Shown: piece after piece, positions 28,710 to 38,227 of the stretch
Layout: every line of letters starts with the position of its first letter
How positions within the stretch are numbered: position 1 is the stretch's first letter
Source of the DNA: an uncultured SAR86 cluster bacterium
GTDB taxonomy: Bacteria > Pseudomonadota > Gammaproteobacteria > Magnimaribacterales > D2472
Assembly: GCA_964276235.1 (NCBI GenBank)
Contig: CAXYEK010000001.1
Location: forward strand, 278,061 to 342,060
Reading direction: 5' to 3'
DNA length: 64,000 nucleotides
The notes under the pieces: generated by a model
Seen by the model: only the letters and a program-made list of their open reading frames with translations
Told to the model about the DNA's origin: nothing
Databases searched by the model: none
Made by a program: the position numbers and the translations under genes

Positions 28710-29940
28710 TATTAAGCATTTCCATTTTTAGAATGTCTTCTAGAGTCTCTCTTTTTCTTATTAAAGTTGATTTATCTCCATCAACGAGAACTTCGCAGGC
28801 TCTTGGTCTTGAATTATAATTCGAAGCCATAACAAATCCATAAGCACCAGCTGTTCTAACAGCTAGAACATCATCCTCATCGGCATCAATAGAAATATCT
28901 TTAGCTAAGAAATCAGAAGATTCACAAATAGGCCCAACAATATTATATTTTCTTGGCTTTGCTATTTTTTCAGAAACATTCCAAATTTCATGTTTAGCTT
29001 GATATAAAGCAGGCCTTATTAAATCATTCATTGCAGCATCAACAATAAGGAATTCATCCTTGACGTATTCCACTTTTGTTAAAAGCACTCCAGCATTGGC
29101 AGAAATACTTCTACCAGGCTCTAGAATTAATCTTTCTTTTCTTCCTTTAAATTCTTCTTCAAGACAAGCAATTAGCTCTTTTGGAGAGGTTATATTTTCA
29201 TCACTATACTGAACGCCAAGACCGCCACCTAAATCTAAGAAATCTAGCTCAATTCCTTGTTTTTTTATAGTATCTGCTAACTTGATAGCACTTCTGGCAG
29301 TTTCTTTGTAGCTTGTTAAATCAAAAATCTGAGAGCCAATATGACAAGCAAGACCAACCATATTTACGAATTTTGACTTAGCAACATAACTACTTAATTC
29401 GATAATATCTTCAATAGAAGATATTCCAAACTTATCTCCTTTTCGACCAGTAGTAATATAGTCGTGACCGCCTGAATCAATATCAGGATTGAATCTTATA
29501 GATACTGATGCTGGAATATTTAAGTTTTTTGCAATGTTTTCAATTCTGTAAAGCTCGGAAACTGATTCGACATTAAATGAGAGTATCCCATTTAATATAC
29601 CTGACTCAATCTCTGCTTCTGATTTACCTACACCTGAAAAAATAATAGTCTTAGGATTTGCTCCAATTGATAACACTCTGTGCAATTCTCCACCTGAAAC
29701 AATATCAAAACCACACCCCGCATCTTTGAGCACCTTTAATATATGTATATTGCTGAGAGACTTAACTGAAAAACACACAAGTCCATCCACTTGCTCAAAT
29801 GACTTTACATAAGATTCAGCATTAAGTTGAATGGTTTCTTTAGAGTAAACATAAGCAGGAGTATTGTATTCATTTGCCAAGTCAGAAAGACTGACTTCGT
29901 CACAAAAAAGCTTACCTGATTTATAATTAAATGGATCCAC
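28702..29940 (-). CDS. lysA: Diaminopimelate decarboxylase
   Basis: PLP Lys context FSVKSLSN, GGGLG and EPGRS motifs; GTG start. Confidence 0.9.
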   Translation of the reverse strand: MDPFNYKSGKLFCDEVSLSDLANEYNTPAYVYSKETIQLNAESYVKSFEQVDGLVCFSVKSLSNIHILKVLKDAGCGFDIVSGGELHRVLSIGANPKTIIFSGVGKSEAEIESGILNGILSFNVESVSELYRIENIAKNLNIPASVSIRFNPDIDSGGHDYITTGRKGDKFGISSIEDIIELSSYVAKSKFVNMVGLACHIGSQIFDLTSYKETARSAIKLADTIKKQGIELDFLDLGGGLGVQYSDENITSPKELIACLEEEFKGRKERLILEPGRSISANAGVLLTKVEYVKDEFLIVDAAMNDLIRPALYQAKHEIWNVSEKIAKPRKYNIVGPICESSDFLAKDISIDADEDDVLAVRTAGAYGFVMASNYNSRPRACEVLVDGDKSTLIRKRETLEDILKMEMLNND

Positions 29941-30044
29941 TAAACAATCTTTGTTTCAAGAATTTCAATTATAGGGCCCTTTACACCACAACCTTGTAAA
30001 GAGAGGACTATTAAAAGACCAATTGAAATTTTTATTATGTTCAT
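29940..30044 (-). CDS. lptM: Small lipoprotein, LptM/YifL-like (34 aa)
   Basis: Below the ORF-track size cut-off. Manual translation gives MNIIKISIGLLIVLSLQGCGVKGPIIEILETKIV, with lipobox LQGC followed by GxKGP. Its stop overlaps the lysA GTG. yifL sits next to the dapF/lysA genes in other gammaproteobacteria. Confidence 0.55.
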   Translation of the reverse strand: MNIIKISIGLLIVLSLQGCGVKGPIIEILETKIV

Positions 30045-30051
30045 AGTGCGT

Positions 30052-30075
30052 ATTATGGGCAATTATGCCCATAAT
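30052..30075. repeat. Perfect 10-bp inverted repeat ATTATGGGCA-ATTA-TGCCCATAAT
   Basis: Read directly from the sequence. It lies between the ahcY stop (30090) and the lptM start (30044). It could be a hairpin or an operator; function unknown. Confidence 0.6.
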
Positions 30076-30089
30076 TGCACAGTATAAGA

Positions 30090-31484
30090 TTAATATTTGT
30101 AGCTTTCTTCTTTGAAAGGACCTTCTTGCGGCACGTTAATATAATCAGCTTGATCTTGAGTAAGTTTAGTTATAACTCCTCCAAAACCGGCAACCATTAA
30201 TGCAGCAACTTCTTCATCAAGCTTTTTAGGAAGTACTTCAACAGTAATCATTTCTGCTTTTGTATCCTCATCATTAATATTTGCAAAACCTTGCTTATAT
30301 AAATGTATTTGCGCTAAAACTTGGTTAGCAAATGAGCCATCCATAATTCTACTTGGATGTCCTGTTGCATTACCCAGATTAACTAATCGACCTTCAGCTA
30401 AAAGAATAAGATAGTTTTTGCTGGTTTGGTCTGGTGTTCCATCAGGCTTTGTATCTCTAAATATCCTATGAACTTGCGGTTTAATCTCATCCCAATAATA
30501 ATTATCTCTCATAAATGCAGTGTCAATCTCATTATCAAAATGACCGATATTACAAACGACAGCAGTATTTTTTAATGTAGCTAACATTGCAGCGTCACAA
30601 ACATTAACATTACCTGTTGTTGTAACAATTAAATCAGTGTTACCCATTACTTCCATATTGATATCTGATTCGTTTCTTGAAACAGCACCATCTTTATAAC
30701 AGGATACAACTGCAAAACCATCCATACAGGCCTGCATCGCACAAATAGGATCTGATTCAACAACACTTACTATCATTCCTTCTTGAGCTAGACTAGCTGC
30801 TGATCCTTTACCAACATCTCCATAACCAATTACAAGGCCTCTTTTGCCCATAAGGAGCATATCAGTTCCTCTTTTAAGAGCGTCATTGAGGCTATGTCTG
30901 CAACCATATTTGTTGTCATTTTTAGCTTTAGTAACTGAATCATTAACGTTAATAGCAGGTATTTTTAACTCACCTTTTTCTAACATTTCTTTGAGTCTGT
31001 GAACTCCAGTAGTAGTTTCTTCTGAAACACCATGAATAGTTTCTAACATATCTGGAAATTTTTCATGAACCATTGCAGTAAGATCACTTCCATCATCAAG
31101 AATCATATTTGCATCCCAAGGTTTTCCATCTTTACAGATAGTTTGCTCAATGCACCATTCAAACTCTTCGTCTGTTTCACCTTTCCAAGCAAAAGTTGGT
31201 ATACCTTTGGCAGCCATTGCAGCTGCAGCATGATCTTGAGTAGAGAAAATATTACAAGAAGACCATCTTAGTTCTGCTCCTAAATCTATTAATGTTTCCA
31301 TTAGAACTGCAGTTTGAATTGTCATATGAATACAACCCATAATTTTTGCATTGGCCAAAGGCTGTTCGTCTCTGTACTTATCTCTAAGTGCCATTAAGGC
31401 TGGCATTTCATTTTCAGCTAGAGATATCTCTCTTCTTCCAAATTCGGCAAGACTTATATCTGCTACTTTATAATCGTTTTCCAT
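30090..31484 (-). CDS. ahcY: Adenosylhomocysteinase
   Basis: 464 aa with a [11 protein letters not shown] motif and a typical SAHH N-terminus ([16 protein letters not shown]). Confidence 0.95.
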   Translation of the reverse strand: MENDYKVADISLAEFGRREISLAENEMPALMALRDKYRDEQPLANAKIMGCIHMTIQTAVLMETLIDLGAELRWSSCNIFSTQDHAAAAMAAKGIPTFAWKGETDEEFEWCIEQTICKDGKPWDANMILDDGSDLTAMVHEKFPDMLETIHGVSEETTTGVHRLKEMLEKGELKIPAINVNDSVTKAKNDNKYGCRHSLNDALKRGTDMLLMGKRGLVIGYGDVGKGSAASLAQEGMIVSVVESDPICAMQACMDGFAVVSCYKDGAVSRNESDINMEVMGNTDLIVTTTGNVNVCDAAMLATLKNTAVVCNIGHFDNEIDTAFMRDNYYWDEIKPQVHRIFRDTKPDGTPDQTSKNYLILLAEGRLVNLGNATGHPSRIMDGSFANQVLAQIHLYKQGFANINDEDTKAEMITVEVLPKKLDEEVAALMVAGFGGVITKLTQDQADYINVPQEGPFKEESYKY

Positions 31485-31504
31485 TTTTTTATTCCTTATT
31501 TATT

Positions 31505-32659
31505 TTATTGTGAAATATCTGAAGCTCTATCTGTTTTTTCCCATGAGAGATCTATATCCGATCTGCCAAAGTGACCATAAGCTGCAGTTTGCAAGTATAT
31601 AGGTCTTTTAAGGTCTAGCATATTAATAAGACTTTTTGGTCTTAAATCAAACTCTTCTTCAACTATTCTTACTATTGCTTCTTTTGATATTTTTTCACTA
31701 TTAAACGTTTCAACGTGTATAGAAGTAGGCTTAGCTACTCCAATTGCATAAGAAACTTGAATTTCGCAATAATCAGCAAGCCCAGCTGCAACTATATTTT
31801 TTGCAACATATCTAGATGCATAAGCTGCAGATCTATCAACTTTTGAAGGGTCTTTTCCTGAAAAAGCTCCACCACCATGTCTTGCCATGCCGCCATAAGT
31901 ATCTACAATTATCTTTCTTCCAGTAAGGCCGCAATCACCAACAGGACCACCAATAACAAATTTGCCAGTTGGGTTGATATAAATGTTTGTTGAATCTAAT
32001 ATCCATTCTTCAGGAACAATTGGCTTAATAATTTTATCCATTACACCAGCTTTTATCTCTTCTTGAGTCACATCTTCATCATGCTGAGTAGATAAAACAA
32101 CAGCTGAAAGTCCTTCTATTGTTTTGCCATCATCTGAATAAATAACACTAACCTGACTTTTAGCATCAGGTCTTAACCATTTAAGTTCCCCACTTTTCAT
32201 AACGTCAGCTTGTTTTTTAACAAGTCTATGAGAAAGATCTATCGGAAGAGGCATTAACGAATCTGTTTCAGTACAAGCATATCCAAACATCAGTCCCTGA
32301 TCTCCAGCTCCCTGCTCTAAGTTTTCTCCTTCACCTTCAGTTACTCCTTGTGAAATATCAGGAGATTGTTCGAAAACAAGGTTCGTAAATTCACAGGTAT
32401 CACCATTAAAACCATACTCATCAGTGTTATAGCCTATGTCGTTAATAGTTTTCCTAACTACTGGTTCAAGATCTGGACTCCCAAGAGAGGTAATCTCTCC
32501 AGCAATGAAAACCATATTGTTTTTGATCATGGTTTCGCAAGCAACTCTACTATTTGGGTCTTCTGCTAGATAGGCATCAAGCACTGCATCAGAAATTTGA
32601 TCACAAACTTTATCAGGATGACCCCCTGAAACTGATTCCGACGTAAATATATAACTCAT
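31505..32659 (-). CDS. metK: S-adenosylmethionine synthetase
   Basis: GHPDK, GAGDQG and [18 protein letters not shown] motifs. Confidence 0.97.
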   Translation of the reverse strand: MSYIFTSESVSGGHPDKVCDQISDAVLDAYLAEDPNSRVACETMIKNNMVFIAGEITSLGSPDLEPVVRKTINDIGYNTDEYGFNGDTCEFTNLVFEQSPDISQGVTEGEGENLEQGAGDQGLMFGYACTETDSLMPLPIDLSHRLVKKQADVMKSGELKWLRPDAKSQVSVIYSDDGKTIEGLSAVVLSTQHDEDVTQEEIKAGVMDKIIKPIVPEEWILDSTNIYINPTGKFVIGGPVGDCGLTGRKIIVDTYGGMARHGGGAFSGKDPSKVDRSAAYASRYVAKNIVAAGLADYCEIQVSYAIGVAKPTSIHVETFNSEKISKEAIVRIVEEEFDLRPKSLINMLDLKRPIYLQTAAYGHFGRSDIDLSWEKTDRASDISQ

Positions 32660-32675
32660 TTATTCCTCCAAAATT

Positions 32676-32746
32676 AAAAAATTCCGGTGCGAAATAATAA
32701 TTTTTTAGCAGCTTATAAGTGCAAAAAATCTAAAAATCACAACGGA
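32676..32746 (-). promoter_or_regulatory. Structured metK 5' leader: long imperfect hairpin closed by a GC-rich helix and followed by U6 (attenuator or riboswitch candidate)
   Basis: On the minus-strand RNA, UCCGUUGUG (32746-32738) pairs with CGCACCGGA (32691-32683) at 8 of 9 positions. The inner helix is UUUUUUGCA/UGCUAAAAAA. Then comes AUUUUUU (32682-32676), and the SD GGAGG is at 32669-32665. Confidence 0.35.
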
Positions 32747-32834
32747 CTGTAATTTTATATAAAAAAATTATATTTAGCTATTAATTCTCCTGTATAAATA
32801 TTATTATCTGTTTAAACCTTAAACAGGAACAAAA

Positions 32835-34826
32835 TTGCACCAATTCGAACCAACAAATGCCTTAAGATTTCTTTCAATAGATGCTGTTCAAAAAGCTAAT
32901 TCAGGGCATCCTGGAATGCCAATGGGAATGGCTGAAATAGCCACAGCTTTGTGGAAAAATCATCTAAATCATAATCCAGCAAATCCTCATTGGTTTAATA
33001 GAGATAGGTTCGTATTATCTAATGGTCATGGCTCGATGCTTCTATACAGTTTGCTTCATCTTACCGGATATAACATCTCAATGGATGATATAAAAGACTT
33101 TAGAAAACTGCACTCCAAAACACCAGGTCATCCAGAATTTGATTTAGATTGCGGTATTGAGACTACTACAGGTCCGCTTGGTCAGGGCATTGCAAACGCA
33201 GTAGGAATGGCAATTTCTGAAAAGATGCTCTCAGCAGAGTTTAATACAGACAGTATTGCACCAGTTAATCATTTCACATATGCATTTCTTGGAGACGGTT
33301 GCTTAATGGAGGGAGTTTCTCATGAAGCTTGCTCTTTTGCTGGAACTCATGAACTTGGAAAACTAATTTGTTTTTATGATCAAAATGGAATCTCAATTGA
33401 TGGAGAAATAGAACATTGGTTTACAGACGATACGGTAAAAAGATTTGATAGTTACGGATGGCAAACTATAAGCGTAGATGGCCATAGTATTGATGAGATT
33501 AATCAAGCAATAGAATCTGCCAAATCTGAAAATTTAAGGCCAACAATGATCTTTTGCAAAACAACTATAGGATTTGGGTCTCCAAATAAATCAGGAACAT
33601 CTGATGCCCATGGCTCGCCTTTGGGAGATGAAGAAATTACTAAAACTAGGGATGCGCTTGGATGGAATCATGAGCCATTTGAAGTCCCAGAATCTGTTTA
33701 TGAATATTGGAATGCTGAGTCAGATGGAGCAGAACTAAACAACTCTTGGAATCAATTGATGGATTCTTACAAAGATAGTAATAGCGAAAAACATGCCGAA
33801 TTAACTAGAAGAATCTTAGGGGATATGCCTCAAGAGTTTGATAAAAAATATGCTGATTTTTTAGATAATTGCGACAATGAAAATACCTCAATGGCTACAA
33901 GAAAAGCATCTCAGGTGTGTTTAGATTTCTTTGTAAAAGAAATGCCAGAACTTGTTGGAGGATCAGCAGACCTTACCCCATCGAATAATACATTTTCCAA
34001 GTCCAGCTCAACATTTTCTAGTGATAACCCTACTGGAAATCATATCAATTACGGCGTACGAGAGTTTGGAATGTCAGCAATTATGAATGGCATGCTTCTC
34101 CACGGTGGCATTAAGCCGTATGGCGCGACTTTTTTAGTTTTCACTGATTATGCAAGAAATGCTATTAGGTTATCAGCATTAATGAAAATACCAAATATTT
34201 TTGTCTATACTCATGATTCTATAGCCCTAGGTGAGGATGGGCCAACCCATCAGCCGGTTGAGCATTTAGTTACATTAAGATCTACTCCAAATCTAAAAAA
34301 CTGGAGGCCTGCAGACTTAGTTGAAACAGCTGTAGCCTGGAAGAATGCAGTTAAATCTATTGATTCTCCAACATGTTTAATATTTAGCAGACAAAATACA
34401 TCTCCAATAACTAGAAATCAAAATCAAATAAATAGTATTGAAAAAGGCGGTTATCTAATTAAAGAAAGTACCGACTCACAAATCACTTTAGTAGCATCAG
34501 GAAGTGAACTTCAGCTAATTTTAGATGCCTCAGAGAATCTAGAAAAAGATCATGGCGTAATTTCAAATGTAGTTTCTATGCCAAGTTTAGATGTATTTTT
34601 AGAAAATAACGAAGAGTATCAATCATCTATAATTAAATCAGATTTACCAATATTAGTTGTTGAACTTTCTCATCCAAATTCTTGGTATAAGTTATTAAAT
34701 AAAAATGACAAAGTCCTTGGTATTGAAACCTTTGGTGAATCAGCACCTGCTGGTATTTTGCTTGAGCACTTTGGATTTACTATTCCAAATGTTGTAGATA
34801 TGGCGAAATCCCTGGTTGATGAATAA
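32835..34826 (+). CDS. tkt: Transketolase
   Basis: SGHPG, GDGCLMEG and TPP/pyrimidine-binding domains; 663 aa. TTG start with AGGA 8 nt upstream. Confidence 0.95.
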   Translation: MHQFEPTNALRFLSIDAVQKANSGHPGMPMGMAEIATALWKNHLNHNPANPHWFNRDRFVLSNGHGSMLLYSLLHLTGYNISMDDIKDFRKLHSKTPGHPEFDLDCGIETTTGPLGQGIANAVGMAISEKMLSAEFNTDSIAPVNHFTYAFLGDGCLMEGVSHEACSFAGTHELGKLICFYDQNGISIDGEIEHWFTDDTVKRFDSYGWQTISVDGHSIDEINQAIESAKSENLRPTMIFCKTTIGFGSPNKSGTSDAHGSPLGDEEITKTRDALGWNHEPFEVPESVYEYWNAESDGAELNNSWNQLMDSYKDSNSEKHAELTRRILGDMPQEFDKKYADFLDNCDNENTSMATRKASQVCLDFFVKEMPELVGGSADLTPSNNTFSKSSSTFSSDNPTGNHINYGVREFGMSAIMNGMLLHGGIKPYGATFLVFTDYARNAIRLSALMKIPNIFVYTHDSIALGEDGPTHQPVEHLVTLRSTPNLKNWRPADLVETAVAWKNAVKSIDSPTCLIFSRQNTSPITRNQNQINSIEKGGYLIKESTDSQITLVASGSELQLILDASENLEKDHGVISNVVSMPSLDVFLENNEEYQSSIIKSDLPILVVELSHPNSWYKLLNKNDKVLGIETFGESAPAGILLEHFGFTIPNVVDMAKSLVDE

Positions 34827-35967
34827 GCTTTCTCAATTAGAAATTACAGATAAAAATCTTGTTATAAGAGTTGATATGAATGTCCCTATCATAGACGGGG
34901 TTATACAAGATGAGACTAGAATCTTTGCCTCTTTACCTTCGATTAATTATGCTCTTAGCAAAGGCGCAAAAGTTTTATTACTCAGTCATCTTGGACGCCC
35001 AACAGAGGGTGTTTTTGATGAAAGTTTTTCATTAAATCCAGTTGCTGAGCGCTTATCAAATATTCTAAACCAAAGTGTAGATCTAATATCTGAAATTGAT
35101 GATCCTTTGCTATTTAATAGTTCGTCTAATATACAAATACTAGAAAATATTAGATTTTTTACTGGAGAAAAATCTAATTCTAAAGAATTAGGTAAATCTC
35201 TTAGTAATCTTGGCGATGTATATGTATTTGATGCATTTGGTACATCACATAGAGAACAAGCTTCAACTCATTCTGCTATCACTTACTCCTCTCAAGCTTG
35301 CGCAGGGATCTTGCTCGAACAAGAAATAGAATCTCTCACAAAAGCTTTGAATGAGTCTGAAAAACCTTATACAGCAATTATTGGCGGTGCTAAGGTTTCA
35401 ACAAAATTAGAGCTCATTAAGAACCTCAATAATAAGGCTGATCATGTAATTGTAGGCGGAGGAATTGCTAATACATTTATTAAAGCTTCTGGTTATGAAG
35501 TTGGCAAATCTCTATATGAAGAATCTATGCTTGATATAGCAAAAGATATTCTCAAATCTGGGAAAATAATTCTTCCCGAGACAGTGGTAACTTCATTAAA
35601 TTTTGATGGTGAACAAATACAACAAAAAGATATCAGTGATGTTGCACCAGCTGAGATGATATTAGACCAAGTCGTTACTAGCCAAATGAAAGAAGTTATT
35701 TCATCATCTAAAACCATCTTATGGAACGGACCATTGGGCGTATTTGAAAACAAAGAATTTTCTCAAGGAACCAAAGAGCTATCAAAAGAGATATCAAAAT
35801 CCAAAGGTTTCTCTATTGCTGGAGGAGGAGAAACTCTTGCAGCTATTAATAAATTTATCAATAAAGATGATGTATCATATTGCTCTACTGGCGGGGGAGC
35901 TTTCCTTGAATTTATGGAAGGAAAAGATTTGCCATCAATAGTAGCTTTAAAATTAAAAAGTAATTAA
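34816..35967 (+). CDS. pgk: Phosphoglycerate kinase
   Basis: RVDMNVP, SHLGRP and GGGA...STGGGA motifs; 383 aa. Confidence 0.95.
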   Translation: MMNKLSQLEITDKNLVIRVDMNVPIIDGVIQDETRIFASLPSINYALSKGAKVLLLSHLGRPTEGVFDESFSLNPVAERLSNILNQSVDLISEIDDPLLFNSSSNIQILENIRFFTGEKSNSKELGKSLSNLGDVYVFDAFGTSHREQASTHSAITYSSQACAGILLEQEIESLTKALNESEKPYTAIIGGAKVSTKLELIKNLNNKADHVIVGGGIANTFIKASGYEVGKSLYEESMLDIAKDILKSGKIILPETVVTSLNFDGEQIQQKDISDVAPAEMILDQVVTSQMKEVISSSKTILWNGPLGVFENKEFSQGTKELSKEISKSKGFSIAGGGETLAAINKFINKDDVSYCSTGGGAFLEFMEGKDLPSIVALKLKSN

Positions 35968-35978
35968 AGGAGATATCA

Positions 35979-36992
35979 ATGTCGTTAAATAGTTTAGAAG
36001 AAATAGCTTCCTATATAGTCTCAGAAGGCAAAGGAATCCTTGCTGCAGATGAAAGTAATCCAACATGTGGCAAAAGATTTGATTCAATTGGAGTTGAATC
36101 AACTGAAGATAATAGAAGAGATTACCGCGAGATGCTTTTTAGATCTTCAGGAATGGATGGAAATATCGGCGGGGTAATTTTATTTGATGAAACTATAAGA
36201 CAAGATGCAAAAGATGGAACCCCTCTGGTTGATATCATCTCAAATCAAGGCGCCCTTCCAGGCATTAAGGTAGATAAAGGTCTACAACCGATTGGGGATA
36301 CTGAAGAAACGGTTACGGTTGGCTTAGACGGCTTAGATGAAAGATTAAAAGAATATGCATCAATGGGAGCAAAATTCACTAAGTGGAGAGCTGTCATTAA
36401 AATTGGTAATAATATGCCAACTGATGAATGTATAGATGCAAATATGAAAGCCTTAGCTGATTATGCAAAATTAGTTCAGGATAATGGAATGGTTCCAATG
36501 GTTGAGCCAGAAGTTTTAATGGATGGAAGTCATTCAATAGATGATTGCTACAGTGCAACTGATAGATCTTTAAAATCATTGTTTCGACACTTAGAAGAGT
36601 GTGGGGTAAACATTAAAGGAACTATCTTAAAACCAAATATGGTGACGTCAGGTTCAACAGCTTCAGAGCAAGCAGGTATTGAAGAAGTCGCTAAAAAGAC
36701 TCTAGACTGTTTAATGGCTAATGTACCTTCAGACCTACCAGGAATAACATTCTTATCAGGTGGACAGTCAGACATATTGGCTACTGCTCATTTAGATGCA
36801 ATGAATAAAATAGGTGGTTTTAGTTGGAAAGTTAGCTTTTCTTATGGAAGAGCTCTTCAGGCGGCAGCCCTAAAAGCTTGGATGGGTAAGCCAGAGAATA
36901 TGTTTATTTCTCAAGATGCCTTATCTCATAGAGCGAAGATGAATAAATTGGCATCACTCGGAGAATGGGATCATGGTTTAGAGGATGATTAG
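35979..36992 (+). CDS. fba: Fructose-bisphosphate aldolase, class I (eukaryote-like 'Glycolytic' family)
   Basis: GKGILAADES N-terminus, the Schiff-base region LKPNMV and FSYGRALQ. Confidence 0.9.
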   Translation: MSLNSLEEIASYIVSEGKGILAADESNPTCGKRFDSIGVESTEDNRRDYREMLFRSSGMDGNIGGVILFDETIRQDAKDGTPLVDIISNQGALPGIKVDKGLQPIGDTEETVTVGLDGLDERLKEYASMGAKFTKWRAVIKIGNNMPTDECIDANMKALADYAKLVQDNGMVPMVEPEVLMDGSHSIDDCYSATDRSLKSLFRHLEECGVNIKGTILKPNMVTSGSTASEQAGIEEVAKKTLDCLMANVPSDLPGITFLSGGQSDILATAHLDAMNKIGGFSWKVSFSYGRALQAAALKAWMGKPENMFISQDALSHRAKMNKLASLGEWDHGLEDD

Positions 36993-37580
36993 ATGAAGAT
37001 TCAGAACATATCTGTTTTTTGTGGGGCTCATGAAGGCAACAATCCTATATATGCTGAAGAAGCAAAGAATATTGCTGAGATAATTGCGAAGAAAGGAATC
37101 AATGTTGTCTTTGGCGGTGGTAATGTCGGATTGATGAAAATTGTTTCAAATACTGCTCTTGATAATGGGGTTAAAGCATTAGGAATTTCTTTGAGATCTT
37201 TATATGAATTAGAGCTCGTAAACCCAAGACTAGATGAAATTGTTGTTGCAGAAACCCTTCTTGATAGAAAAGATGTATTTATGGACAGGTCTGATGCATT
37301 TATTGTTCTTGCTGGAGGTGTCGGTTCTCTAGATGAACTAGCAGAGGTCATGGCTAGCAATCAATTAGGGATAATTAATAAGCCAATAGGCATTTTAAAC
37401 ACAGAGGGTTATTACGACCATTTACTTGCTTGGATGCAAAAAGCAGTTGAAGAAGGTTTTATTTCAAAAGCTAATTTTGATGAACTAATTATTTCAGATT
37501 CATGTGAAGATTTAATTGAAAGAATTGTGAATGAAGAAAGACCGGCTGACGAAGACTGGACTAATAGACTAGGGCTTTAG
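36993..37580 (+). CDS. LOG-family (TIGR00730) nucleotide 5'-monophosphate nucleosidase / cytokinin riboside 5'-monophosphate phosphoribohydrolase-like
   Basis: GGGNVGLMK and AGGVGSLDELAE (PGGxGTxxE-type) motifs; 195 aa. Confidence 0.8.
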   Translation: MKIQNISVFCGAHEGNNPIYAEEAKNIAEIIAKKGINVVFGGGNVGLMKIVSNTALDNGVKALGISLRSLYELELVNPRLDEIVVAETLLDRKDVFMDRSDAFIVLAGGVGSLDELAEVMASNQLGIINKPIGILNTEGYYDHLLAWMQKAVEEGFISKANFDELIISDSCEDLIERIVNEERPADEDWTNRLGL

Positions 37581-37624
37581 GTTATATTCTTTTAAGTTGT
37601 ATTAAAAAGGTTTAGTCTAGTTGT

Positions 37625-38224
37625 ATGTCTTTTGAAGAAATCAGAATTATTTGTGTTGTATATACTTCAGTAATATTTCCTCTAATTATCTATTTTAAAT
37701 ATAAATCTATTCTCCCTTCTTGGGTGCCAGTTATATATCTTGGTTCTTTTTTTGCTTGTGCGATAGGATGGGAACTTTGGTTTACATACGGCTGGGTAGA
37801 TGGAGTCTCGGTTGATCTAAGAAGAACCGAAGCTTTAAATTTTTGGTTACCAAAAGATATCAACTGGTTAATGAATTCCTTGGGTGATGCTGGAGCAGTT
37901 ATGCTTGGTGGTTTATGGCTAATGTGGAGATATGCAAAGAAGGATCACGATATTTTTAATAAATGGAATTGGAATGCTTTTGCTGTTCTCATGATTTGGT
38001 GTATAGGTCAAAATATTCTGGTTGAGATGTTTCTATATCACGATCAAATCTCTGAAGGAAAGGCTCTCTCATGGGCTCCACTCTCTCCTTTAGGACCATA
38101 CTTCAACCCACTTTTATTTGAGTTTAATGACCGTAGCCTTATGTTACAAACTCAGGTTCCTTGGCTAATATTGCCCGCACTAATCTATGCAACAATAATT
38201 AAGATTAATAATAAAGTTAGTTAA
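37625..38224 (+). CDS. Hypothetical Trp-rich polytopic membrane protein (about 5 TM)
   Basis: 199-aa ORF with about five hydrophobic segments. I recognise no family motif. Confidence 0.55.
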   Translation: MSFEEIRIICVVYTSVIFPLIIYFKYKSILPSWVPVIYLGSFFACAIGWELWFTYGWVDGVSVDLRRTEALNFWLPKDINWLMNSLGDAGAVMLGGLWLMWRYAKKDHDIFNKWNWNAFAVLMIWCIGQNILVEMFLYHDQISEGKALSWAPLSPLGPYFNPLLFEFNDRSLMLQTQVPWLILPALIYATIIKINNKVS

Positions 38225-38227
38225 AGT

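Noticed and set aside
31485-31504. Possible SAH riboswitch in front of ahcY
   Set aside because: Only 20 nt separate the metK stop from the ahcY start, which is too short for the SAH aptamer. ahcY is evidently co-transcribed with metK.
37028-37360. 110-aa ORF antisense to the LOG gene. Similar antisense ORFs lie at 46616-46918 and 47135-47443 (opposite corC), and several at 19935-21379 (opposite polA)
   Set aside because: These are Ser/Thr/Ile-rich mirror frames of Glu/Asp/Lys-rich genes. They are fully nested in strongly supported CDSs and have no independent support.
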